IMG/VR virus record: IMGVR_UViG_3300033978_000437
Length of the DNA: 64,000 nt
Reading direction: 5' to 3' (one strand)
From: a virus
A program made the position numbers and the translations under genes. Each line of letters opens with the position of its first letter. Within the stretch, counting starts at the first letter, position 1. Below the pieces are notes generated by a model, which was not told the DNA's origin, made no database searches, and saw nothing but the letters and a program-made list of their open reading frames with translations. Shown here piece by piece: positions 55,946 through 64,000 of the stretch.

Positions 55946-58900
55946 TCATTTAGAACTTTCTGCCCATCCTCGATACTCCGCTAGATCTTCATTGTTAGTT
56001 CTCAATTGGGATTCTAGTTTCGCCCTTTGTTCTGGCGGAAGAGAAGTATCTCGAAGTTGTGCTTCAACTGCCACAATGTTTTCTTTAAGCCCATTAACTC
56101 GATTACGCATGTCCGTGCTAAACAAGCCCTTACCTGAAGAACCACCCTCTCGCTCGTAAGTACCCATCATCTGCTTACGCTGTGCCTGTCTATTTAATAA
56201 CTGCTCCTGCCTTGCTTGCCCCCCTGCGTCTAGCTCCCCCTTAGCTTTTAACTCTGCTAGTTCTGTGTCCGCAGCTGTAACCGAATTTTGCATGGCATCA
56301 CGGAATTTGTGTCCGCCACTACCAAACCAATTTTGTTGGCCTAGTCTCCAGTTAGCTGTTTCATCCGCTGTATTTCCTTGTCTAGTTTTAGCGTCTTGTA
56401 TTTGTGCTTTTAAATCTGCAGTACCTTCTAAATTCTGCGGTTTAGTCAAAGCTAATTGTGCTTCTAGACCTTTTTGCTTTTCTACTTCCATTGCATTAAC
56501 TTGCGTTTTGTCTGCCACCGAGGCACGGGAACGAGCATCAGTTCCAGTTACTTTGTCACGAATAGCTTCACCGGCCATCCCAGCCTGCTCCCCAAGCATC
56601 CCCGCTGTCTGAGTTGCACCCCCAGCTATTAGCTGCGCATTAGCCACTGGGTTAAGAGCTTGTGCAGGGGCTTGCCATGCTGTATGCAGCCCATCTTTAA
56701 ACGAAAGAATGTCTCTCCAGTTTTGTGCTGCATCATTGGTTGTATTATCCCAACCTTTATCTACTATGTCTGAACCAACGCTATAAGCTTCCATACCTGC
56801 ACCAAGGAATGGCAGAGCTTTTCCTACTCCTTTAGTAAGTGCTGAAAATCCTTTACCTACATAACCTGCAGGTGCTTTAGGTAATGGGGGTGGACCTTTA
56901 GGCAATGGCGGGGGGCTACCAGGCACAGGTGGTGGAGTTGTAGGAAAGGGGGGCGGGCTTCCGGGTATAGGAGGCGGAGTGGTAGGAAATGCAGGTGGTT
57001 TAGGTGCCATAATTGTATTTTTTATACCATTGTAGCCAATTGGAGCAGCATACCCAAATGCTGTACCTGTATCTGGACCCGAGCGGGCTGCTGGTTTTTC
57101 CTCTGTAGGCGAGTCTACTGTAGGAGCAGATGCTGTAGGGGCACTAGGCTGGGAACCGCCACCAAACATATTAAGCATGCTATTCCACATCCCACCTTGG
57201 TTTGCAGCTGGGGTAGGACTGCTGCTAGGTGCATTAGATTGCGGGCTTTGGTTTAAATTTTGTTGTCCTTGTCCGCTGTTGTTTTGGGCACCACCCCCAA
57301 ACATATTAAGCATATTACCCCACAACCCATTATTATTACTTGTAGCTAATCCTTGTGAGGGTCTCGAATTAAATAGCTGTTGAAAATTACCACCACCAGC
57401 CATCCCACCTAACATCATAAGCCCCATTAAAGGATTTTGATTTAACATCTGCCCAGCTTGCCCTGCAAAATTAGAATTATTTTGCATCAAATAATTAAAG
57501 TGATTAAATTGATCCGAATTTGAGGTTGGGGTAGGTGTAGATGCGGGCGGAGGGGCTAAAGCAGAAGTGCCCTGATCGCCCTTTGCGTCAGTATCTTTGT
57601 ATGTGTCATACAGTGATGGGGCGGGGGCAGGAGTAGGTGCAGGCGCAGGAGTAGGTGCAGGGGTAGGTGGCAGAGCTGGCATGATATTTGGGCTAAGGTC
57701 AGCTGCTGGGGTATAAGGATGAGGTTCAGTATTATTACGAGGGGCAACCCCGCCTTCCATATGTTCTGGGGAATTTGACCCATTCCTTGGGGCTGGTCCG
57801 CCCATATATTCTGTAGCAGGGGTATTGGGTATCGGTTTAGAGACGGCAGGAGGCTTAGAAACGGAAGGTGGTTTAGAAACATCTGGAACAGAGTCCATCG
57901 CAAGCTTAGTTTGGCCAGGGGTAAAACGACCGCCAAAAAAAGGAGCGTTGCTAGGTGCTATAGGCTTTAATGCAGGAGGAGTAGGAGTTGCAGGTAGCTC
58001 ATAGCTAGGTTTAGGTTTTATTACCGCATGGTCTTTACCTTCTCCAAAATCAAGACCCATTGCTAAACTAGGAACAAAGCTTGTACCTCGTTCTTCGCTG
58101 ATAGCCCCATGAGTCACAGAATCTAAGAAACTTTTCTTTAAACCAGACCCATACATTTGAGTCATCCAGTCAGGATCATGCTGCATTTGATACAAACCAC
58201 GAACCATGTGGGGCTCAAATGGCGGAGGGTTCTTGTGTACTGGAATTTCATTGATTTCAAAATCTTGAAAATTCTTAAGCATAGAAGGTCGAATTTTAGT
58301 ACCAATAGTGTAATGCAGTATAGGTCGTTCAAGATATTGACCTAGTGCTCGCTTAGGAGTTAATCGCTGGTGGTCTTCTCGTGGTTTGTAAGTGTGCTCA
58401 AGCGTAGAGTAAGGAACAATATCGTCAGGTACATGGTCATCTGTTTCTTCTGTCAGCCTTACATGGTTAATAAGACCTCGAGCTAATACCTCTATGTTTC
58501 GTCTGTGCCCGAACATTCCGCTGTCACCCATTGCCTTACGAAACTCATTAACAAAATAGCGTCTTCCTTCGCCTACCCCTTTGTGCTCTGTAATAGTAGC
58601 AGGGTTAGGAATTCCTGAGCTAATTACATCCCCAGCCTCTACCTCGTCTCCTTTTTTTACTTTAAGATCAAACCCAGCCCCTACATAATGTTGTTTATCT
58701 CCAATGGTTACATAGCTACCACCCGCAGGAGCTTCCTCAATACGCTGTACTACTCCATCTTTTAGTGCATGCGCTGCCCCGCCTTGCATCTTCTTTGGAA
58801 CTTGCACTAATTGGTTTAAATACTGGAAACCGCTGACAGCTTTTTCTTGACCTGCCACTCCACCCGAATGTTTTGCAGATAGCTGACCTTGGCTAATCGG

Positions 58901-59878
58901 TTCACTTAAAGCATGTGCAGCCTGTAACCCAACTTGCTCGCCAAGCCCTGGAAGCTTTCCAGTTTCCCGAATACCTACATCCCTAGAATAAACACCACCA
59001 TCGGGAGATCCACCTACGAGGGCAGATCGTACTAAGATTTTAGATGTGCCAAGCCGTTTTAAATGATTCAGTATTTTCGGAGTAAGGGGAGTGTTTCGAG
59101 CATAAGGGCCAACAGCCCGAGCTAGCAGTGCTCCTTCGTTATCTGCGTCATCAGTGTCTACTACCAATCCTCGAATAGGTGCATCTTCTGCCTCTTCGGC
59201 ATCTTCTCCGGTTACCACTAATCTATGGCTAGTTTGATTAAGTTGTTTGTTAAAAAATCCGGCATCTTGTGTGGCAAACTTAGTTGCCATAATACCTTTA
59301 CGTGCCCCATAGGTTCCGGCCCAATACTCGGCAGGGGACAACCCTTCGCTGTAGCTACGCAGTACAGGGATTGGAATCACATCATCCCGCTGATCCGAAT
59401 ACAGCATGTCTGAACCTAACAAACTAGTTAAATTCATAGACTTACCGCGCGTACCTGACATTACCTGCATCCCAAGCGGATTCTTATTTAGCAATGCCTC
59501 TGCAAGTACTTGTTTTTGTTGTTCTGGACTTTCTTTACCAACGGCACGAATAATCTGCTCATTTCGCTGCTGATCTGTCAAAGATTCGTCAGATAGAATG
59601 TTGGTAAGTGTTGCTCTAACTTTCTGGCGAGAAGCTAATGCCGCTTTGCTTACTTGCAAATGGCGAAGACCAAAAGACATGCCACCCTGCTCTTGAGCCA
59701 TGCTTTGGCCAAGACCACTTAGCTTAAAAGAAATGTCTTTATAACGCTCTGGGTGTTGTTGTGCCACTTGCTGTAATAAAGATTGCAGCCCTTTTTTATC
59801 TAGCACACGATGAGAGTCTCTCAACTCTTCCGGAAGGACATCATTAATTAACAGTTGTCCAACGGTCGTATTCAACAT
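55946..59878 (-). CDS. rpoC: RNA polymerase beta' C-terminal half (~610 aa) fused to a ~700 aa low-complexity/helical extension
   Basis: NTTVG; SGTRG; bridge helix EYWAGTYGARKGIMATKFATQDAGFFNKQL; trigger loop GEQVGLQAAHALSEPISQGQLSAKHSGG; HRRNIEVLARGL; then Pro-rich, Q/N/G/M-rich and amphipathic segments. Confidence 0.92.
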   Translation of the reverse strand: MLNTTVGQLLINDVLPEELRDSHRVLDKKGLQSLLQQVAQQHPERYKDISFKLSGLGQSMAQEQGGMSFGLRHLQVSKAALASRQKVRATLTNILSDESLTDQQRNEQIIRAVGKESPEQQKQVLAEALLNKNPLGMQVMSGTRGKSMNLTSLLGSDMLYSDQRDDVIPIPVLRSYSEGLSPAEYWAGTYGARKGIMATKFATQDAGFFNKQLNQTSHRLVVTGEDAEEAEDAPIRGLVVDTDDADNEGALLARAVGPYARNTPLTPKILNHLKRLGTSKILVRSALVGGSPDGGVYSRDVGIRETGKLPGLGEQVGLQAAHALSEPISQGQLSAKHSGGVAGQEKAVSGFQYLNQLVQVPKKMQGGAAHALKDGVVQRIEEAPAGGSYVTIGDKQHYVGAGFDLKVKKGDEVEAGDVISSGIPNPATITEHKGVGEGRRYFVNEFRKAMGDSGMFGHRRNIEVLARGLINHVRLTEETDDHVPDDIVPYSTLEHTYKPREDHQRLTPKRALGQYLERPILHYTIGTKIRPSMLKNFQDFEINEIPVHKNPPPFEPHMVRGLYQMQHDPDWMTQMYGSGLKKSFLDSVTHGAISEERGTSFVPSLAMGLDFGEGKDHAVIKPKPSYELPATPTPPALKPIAPSNAPFFGGRFTPGQTKLAMDSVPDVSKPPSVSKPPAVSKPIPNTPATEYMGGPAPRNGSNSPEHMEGGVAPRNNTEPHPYTPAADLSPNIMPALPPTPAPTPAPAPTPAPAPSLYDTYKDTDAKGDQGTSALAPPPASTPTPTSNSDQFNHFNYLMQNNSNFAGQAGQMLNQNPLMGLMMLGGMAGGGNFQQLFNSRPSQGLATSNNNGLWGNMLNMFGGGAQNNSGQGQQNLNQSPQSNAPSSSPTPAANQGGMWNSMLNMFGGGSQPSAPTASAPTVDSPTEEKPAARSGPDTGTAFGYAAPIGYNGIKNTIMAPKPPAFPTTPPPIPGSPPPFPTTPPPVPGSPPPLPKGPPPLPKAPAGYVGKGFSALTKGVGKALPFLGAGMEAYSVGSDIVDKGWDNTTNDAAQNWRDILSFKDGLHTAWQAPAQALNPVANAQLIAGGATQTAGMLGEQAGMAGEAIRDKVTGTDARSRASVADKTQVNAMEVEKQKGLEAQLALTKPQNLEGTADLKAQIQDAKTRQGNTADETANWRLGQQNWFGSGGHKFRDAMQNSVTAADTELAELKAKGELDAGGQARQEQLLNRQAQRKQMMGTYEREGGSSGKGLFSTDMRNRVNGLKENIVAVEAQLRDTSLPPEQRAKLESQLRTNNEDLAEYRGWAESSK

Positions 59879-59905
59879 GGATAGTTCTCAGCGTGTGCAA
59901 ATTAT

Positions 59906-59923
59906 TTAAAATCTGGATTTTAG
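59906..59923. promoter_or_regulatory. Near-perfect palindrome TTAAAATCTGGATTTTAG upstream of the beta'-C gene
   Basis: 16 of 18 positions identical to 35841-35858; overlaps the stop codon of 59920..60489. Confidence 0.45.
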
Positions 59924-60489
59924 TCGTCACTATCGTCACCACCAAAGGCGGCTTCGATATCTTTAAGAGTAATTTCTTCACTCTTGCCACGCTTTGCTTT
60001 CTTACGAGATGGCTTAGGTTCATCTTGTATAATAGCAGCCGCCTCTGGCATACTCTCAACAACTTTGACTACTTCTTCTTTAATAGCTTCAGGAGCTAGT
60101 ATAGAAAAAGATATGGAGTCTGCCTGATCACGGGTTAATTCTCCCCGTCCAACCGACATGTCTACAACGATTTGCAGCTGTGTAATTATATATTCAGTGG
60201 CCTTCACTGTGATAAGCGTGGCTCCGTTTTCAAATTCAGCTTGTATGGCTGCGAGCCCATAGCAATTATCAAGTATTTCTAACTCTACTTCTTTTTTTGG
60301 AGGAAGTTGAAGTTTAGCAATAAGAGGGGCATCTTCTAATATAGGTAGTGACATCTCGGCATAATACTTATTATTAGAAGAGTTTAAGTTAGAAGATTGT
60401 TGATAAGTAGGAGCAGGGATAGCTGTAAGGCTAACCTCTGGTTTTCGGTCTCGATAGTAGCAGTCAGAAGATCGTAAAGAATCGTCCAT
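59920..60489 (-). CDS. Hypothetical acidic protein between the RNAP genes
   Basis: 189 aa ORF, co-oriented, 1-nt gap to its neighbour. Confidence 0.6.
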   Translation of the reverse strand: MDDSLRSSDCYYRDRKPEVSLTAIPAPTYQQSSNLNSSNNKYYAEMSLPILEDAPLIAKLQLPPKKEVELEILDNCYGLAAIQAEFENGATLITVKATEYIITQLQIVVDMSVGRGELTRDQADSISFSILAPEAIKEEVVKVVESMPEAAAIIQDEPKPSRKKAKRGKSEEITLKDIEAAFGGDDSDD

Positions 60490-60490
60490 A

Positions 60491-60715
60491 TTACACCTGT
60501 ATCTTAGTAGAAATAACGGTTTCGTTAATACCTAGTTTACGCAAATTATCATTGAAACTGGCATCTTCACAATGAGACACCATAACGCTGGAAGAACCAC
60601 CAAAAAGTGCAGCTACGCTAACTGGAGTACCATCTAGCATACGCACTACAACCTGAGAAGCAGGTATCCTAAGTGGAGGTTTACCAATACTTTCAAGTAC
60701 CTCCACGATAAACAT
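60491..60715 (-). CDS. Small beta-rich hypothetical protein between the RNAP genes
   Basis: 74 aa, co-oriented. Confidence 0.6.
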   Translation of the reverse strand: MFIVEVLESIGKPPLRIPASQVVVRMLDGTPVSVAALFGGSSSVMVSHCEDASFNDNLRKLGINETVISTKIQV

Positions 60716-60727
60716 ATAATAAATCCC

Positions 60728-61462
60728 TTACTTGTTATTATTACGCATTAAAAGTGCAGTAGCCAACGCTGCTACACTGCCACTTTTAACAGAAGTATGT
60801 TGAGGGTAATAATCCGCAGGCAAGCTGAAAGCTGTACCACTTTCCCACGCCTCCGCTGACTTCATAGGAGCAATAGGTTGAATCTGCCCAAGACCACCAC
60901 CCGACTTACCATCGGGAGTAGCTGCCGCTAATCCTGGCCCACCTTGTGCAATCTGGTTTAAGTCTTCAGGTGTTACCACCATATCAGACACAGGTACATG
61001 GATGCCAAGTGCATCAATAATCTTAGCAAGCATTTTCTTAATCTGTACGATTTCGACATTGATGTCAATTTTAGGTTTAAGACCGGGGCCTGCGCCTTGT
61101 GGTTGCCCGCCACCATTAGCTGACATTGCTTGTTGCACTGCCTGTTGAACCATCGGCATTATTGCTGCCATGGGGTCCATAGGGGGAGGAGGTGGAGCAC
61201 CGCCACCCATAGAAGGATCCATAGGAGGAGGTGGGGCACCACCGCCCATAGAAGGATCCATAGGAGGAGCACCGCCCATTGAAGGGTCAGGAGGTGGAGC
61301 ACCACCGCCCATAGAAGGATCCATAGGAGGAGCACCGCCAGAAGGCATAGGAGCCCCCATAGCAGGATCGCCTGCCGCAACAAATGCATATTTAGATAGG
61401 TGTCGTTTTCCTACATGTTGTCGGGCCATCTTTAACAATTCCAAATTAACTGCCATAAACAT
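60728..61462 (-). CDS. Pro/Met/Gly-rich protein with (PPMDPSMGGG)n repeats
   Basis: SD AAGGAG; about 5 imperfect repeats at 61170-61370; SKYAF motif precedes the repeats. Confidence 0.7.
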   Translation of the reverse strand: MFMAVNLELLKMARQHVGKRHLSKYAFVAAGDPAMGAPMPSGGAPPMDPSMGGGAPPPDPSMGGAPPMDPSMGGGAPPPPMDPSMGGGAPPPPPMDPMAAIMPMVQQAVQQAMSANGGGQPQGAGPGLKPKIDINVEIVQIKKMLAKIIDALGIHVPVSDMVVTPEDLNQIAQGGPGLAAATPDGKSGGGLGQIQPIAPMKSAEAWESGTAFSLPADYYPQHTSVKSGSVAALATALLMRNNNK

Positions 61463-61528
61463 ACTCCTTGTGTGATCTCATCTTATGATTCTAAGTTCTA
61501 ATCAAAATCTAGGATAGAGATATATTGC

Positions 61529-64000
61529 CTAACCATTTAAAATTCGTACGGGATCGTTGATCGAAATATCTCCACGTGCATGCGCTCGTCTTACATCCTG
61601 TATATTCTGGAAAATCCTTAATGGTCGATCAGATTTACGAGAAGGATCTGTACCCATAAATAAACCACCAATGTACTCATTAGCAGGGGCATGCATTACA
61701 GACTTCATATCACCCACACTAAAAAGATTACGACTTGGCAATAAGCGGTCAAATGCTTCTTGCCTAGCTTTTTCCGTACTTGGCACATGATAGTTCATGG
61801 TGTCGCCATCAAAGTCAGCACCAAATCCCTTCACGATCAAAGGACTTACTTGTAGGGTATTCCCTTTAGTCAATCTTGGCCTCATCGCCATAATCCCAAA
61901 CTTATGCAAAACAGGAGCACGACTAATATATACAGGACGATGCTCCATCTCTTCAAGCAAGAATTTGCGTGCTACCGGAGTCTTATCTTCTAATTGAGTA
62001 CGAGCCTGCAGCATCGACATGCCTTGTCGCACCAATCTTCTAGTAACAAATTTCTCATAGACCTTAAATGCTTTATCTTCGGGCAGCCCTACCGAGTCCA
62101 TGTCCAATTCCGGATTTGGAGTAATTACCGCTCGACCTACATTGTCTACCGTAGACGAAATCAGTTTGCGTTGTACAACCCCGAACTTAGGGCTTGCACC
62201 AAACACATTTTTTAAAGCCCCACGAACATTCTTCTCTTGGCTTTTTGCACTAATAGGATCACCTAACCCAGTCACCGCTTTAAATGCTTGATAGGTAGAA
62301 AGACGCTCCGATCCCGAAGCTTCTTCCCCTACTTCTTGCTGCATTTTGCTAAAATTCTGATTAGCCTCAAACAGTTCTTTATAAAGGTGATTAGCGTCGT
62401 TAACCAATGGCATGCCATTGCTCATCAAGCTAACTGGACGAAACATTGGAGGAAGAACTGGCACTTTGGTCAGCATGTAGTCCGCAGGCTTCAGCCCTAG
62501 TTTATGTGCAGATTTAAAATAGCTAAGCTTACGAATTGCGGCATCTCGTTGCGCCCCTCGCCCTGCGGCTATCATAGCTCGAGCTTTAGGGATTTCTGCT
62601 TCTGGATTAAGATTCTCTAATGCCTTTTGTAAAGCTTTCGTACCGGTGCCATATTTCTCTAAAAATTCTGTACCTGCCACAATGCCTTCAAACTTTTTCT
62701 GTGTTAGCCCAAGCATATGACGAATAGGTTCTTCCATTACTGGGTTAGGTAAAGGTTCGTGCAAACGCATAAACGACCAACGAGTGCCCCCGTGTCCACC
62801 AGTTTTAGCCTTGTCAAATAAGCCACCATTAATCTCTTTAAGCTGATTTCCCCATTCTACTCCGTCTGCGCTGCTAAGCTCACGATCCCCAGCTAAGTTG
62901 TCAATGTCCTTGTCCGTCAATGCCATGATTTGAGTCTGCGTTCCTTGCTTAACCACATTAACTCCAGCAGATTGCAGCTGGGCTACAAACTTCTGATAAG
63001 CAAAAGGAACTTTAGTAACCTTAGGGTTATACCCAGACATGTACTGCATCCAATAATCATCATTCTTCTGCCTACGAATTGTAAAAATGTCCTGCAGTGT
63101 GTCCGTAGCTCCGTGAGAAAGTAATGCGTTGGCATCCATTAGCCCAATACGCTTAGAACCTTCAACACCACCTTTAGCCGGTGCATCTTCCATCGTGTAA
63201 GCTCCACCACTTCTACCTTGTCCTTTAGACTCAGAGGTGTGATGCAGTTTCATGAAGAAACGATTACCCGTTGCCACATTTTTAATTTTTTGATCTTTAG
63301 ATGGGTCTATAATGTCTTCTAAGTCCGACAAACCTTCCTTAGCTAATTCTTGCATAACCCATTGAGTCATATCTTTTTTAGTGTCAAAATCATCCACCTT
63401 AATAGGCATGCCACGCTTAGCTGCTATTTTACCTAGAAACAATTCAGACATTTGAGCTGGGTTGGTTCGGCTAATAATCCCAAGAGGATTAAGAAGCACT
63501 TCAAAAGGTTGTTTATTTGAATCATGGGGCATTTCGCTATCTGGGATGATGTCAGCAATAACACCTTTATCCCCATAACGACCCGACAGCTTATCTCCAA
63601 CCTGCGTTGGCGATTCTGCCTTAACTACAACGACTGGACCTTTCTTACCCATTACCACATCAGTAACAACACCACTATCGTGATGCTGCCAAAGTACTGC
63701 TGCGTCGTTGAATCCAGATTGACCCTTCTTATGCACTTTGTTGTATACATTTTCCTTTTGTGTGATCCCCAATACCAAAGGATCTCCAAAGTTAACTACT
63801 GTACCAGGCTTGACCACTCCTTGATCGTCTATGTTCGCTAATATGTCTTTTTTAAAGGTAGCTGGAAATGCTTGAATAAATTGTCTTTTACCGACTTGTG
63901 TTTTGTCATCCACTTCCAACTCATGCTGGTACATATGGGAAGAAGCTGTCTTCTTTGCAAAGCTTTCTGAGATAACAACCGCATCTTCAAAGTTTTTACC
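61529..64000 (-). CDS. rpoB-rpoC fusion: RNA polymerase beta (C-terminal part visible) fused to beta' N-terminal half; 5' end beyond window
   Basis: The frame is open to base 64000 (GKNFEDAVVISES). Beta motifs: GDKLSGRYGDKGVI, LLNPLGIISRTN, FFMKLHH, GSKRIGLMD. Beta' motifs: VPVLPPMFRP, VDNVGRAVI, SRAPVLHK, and catalytic GADFDGDTMNYHVP. Confidence 0.95.
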   Translation of the reverse strand, partial: GKNFEDAVVISESFAKKTASSHMYQHELEVDDKTQVGKRQFIQAFPATFKKDILANIDDQGVVKPGTVVNFGDPLVLGITQKENVYNKVHKKGQSGFNDAAVLWQHHDSGVVTDVVMGKKGPVVVVKAESPTQVGDKLSGRYGDKGVIADIIPDSEMPHDSNKQPFEVLLNPLGIISRTNPAQMSELFLGKIAAKRGMPIKVDDFDTKKDMTQWVMQELAKEGLSDLEDIIDPSKDQKIKNVATGNRFFMKLHHTSESKGQGRSGGAYTMEDAPAKGGVEGSKRIGLMDANALLSHGATDTLQDIFTIRRQKNDDYWMQYMSGYNPKVTKVPFAYQKFVAQLQSAGVNVVKQGTQTQIMALTDKDIDNLAGDRELSSADGVEWGNQLKEINGGLFDKAKTGGHGGTRWSFMRLHEPLPNPVMEEPIRHMLGLTQKKFEGIVAGTEFLEKYGTGTKALQKALENLNPEAEIPKARAMIAAGRGAQRDAAIRKLSYFKSAHKLGLKPADYMLTKVPVLPPMFRPVSLMSNGMPLVNDANHLYKELFEANQNFSKMQQEVGEEASGSERLSTYQAFKAVTGLGDPISAKSQEKNVRGALKNVFGASPKFGVVQRKLISSTVDNVGRAVITPNPELDMDSVGLPEDKAFKVYEKFVTRRLVRQGMSMLQARTQLEDKTPVARKFLLEEMEHRPVYISRAPVLHKFGIMAMRPRLTKGNTLQVSPLIVKGFGADFDGDTMNYHVPSTEKARQEAFDRLLPSRNLFSVGDMKSVMHAPANEYIGGLFMGTDPSRKSDRPLRIFQNIQDVRRAHARGDISINDPVRILNG

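Noticed and set aside
6457-63841. The many 60-180 aa plus-strand ORFs antisense to large genes
   Set aside because: They are fully nested opposite well-supported minus-strand genes, with Ser/Phe/Leu-rich mirror composition and no recognisable motifs.
55946-64000. Host chromosomal rpoBC operon or captured host fragment
   Set aside because: No flanking ribosomal-protein genes; Zn sites lost; non-cellular fusion and split; contiguous with capsid genes on the same strand.

Overview
This window is a 64 kb slice of a large (jumbo-type) myovirus-like dsDNA phage. Every credible gene lies on the minus strand, densely packed, most with GGAG-type Shine-Dalgarno sites. In transcription order (right to left) it carries: (1) a bacterial-type multisubunit RNA polymerase in an unusual layout, with a beta/beta'-N fusion running off the right edge and a separate beta'-C half fused to a ~700 aa low-complexity tail; (2) putative internal head proteins, prohead protease, scaffold, decoration protein and major capsid protein; (3) a GT2 glycosyltransferase; (4) neck, tail sheath, tube and spike genes; (5) a tail-chaperone pair with a -1 slippery site, then the tape measure protein; (6) baseplate genes with a sigma factor among them; (7) a protease/membrane-protein cassette with an MMP-like metalloprotease that has a cysteine switch and a papain-family protease; (8) five tandem paralogous Cys-rich tail-periphery proteins; (9) a giant collagen-like gene (>1844 aa, 5533 to beyond the left edge) that the ORF track missed. 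Main leads: a probably virion-packaged RNAP that has lost both beta' zinc sites, plus its own sigma and a candidate promoter; a recurring K-x-A motif that may mark head proteins for protease processing; and a collagen + MMP + papain-family protease + glycosyltransferase combination. No tRNA, rRNA, CRISPR array, integrase, terminase or recognisable portal was seen. All functional calls come from motif recognition by eye, without database searches. The host cannot be determined.
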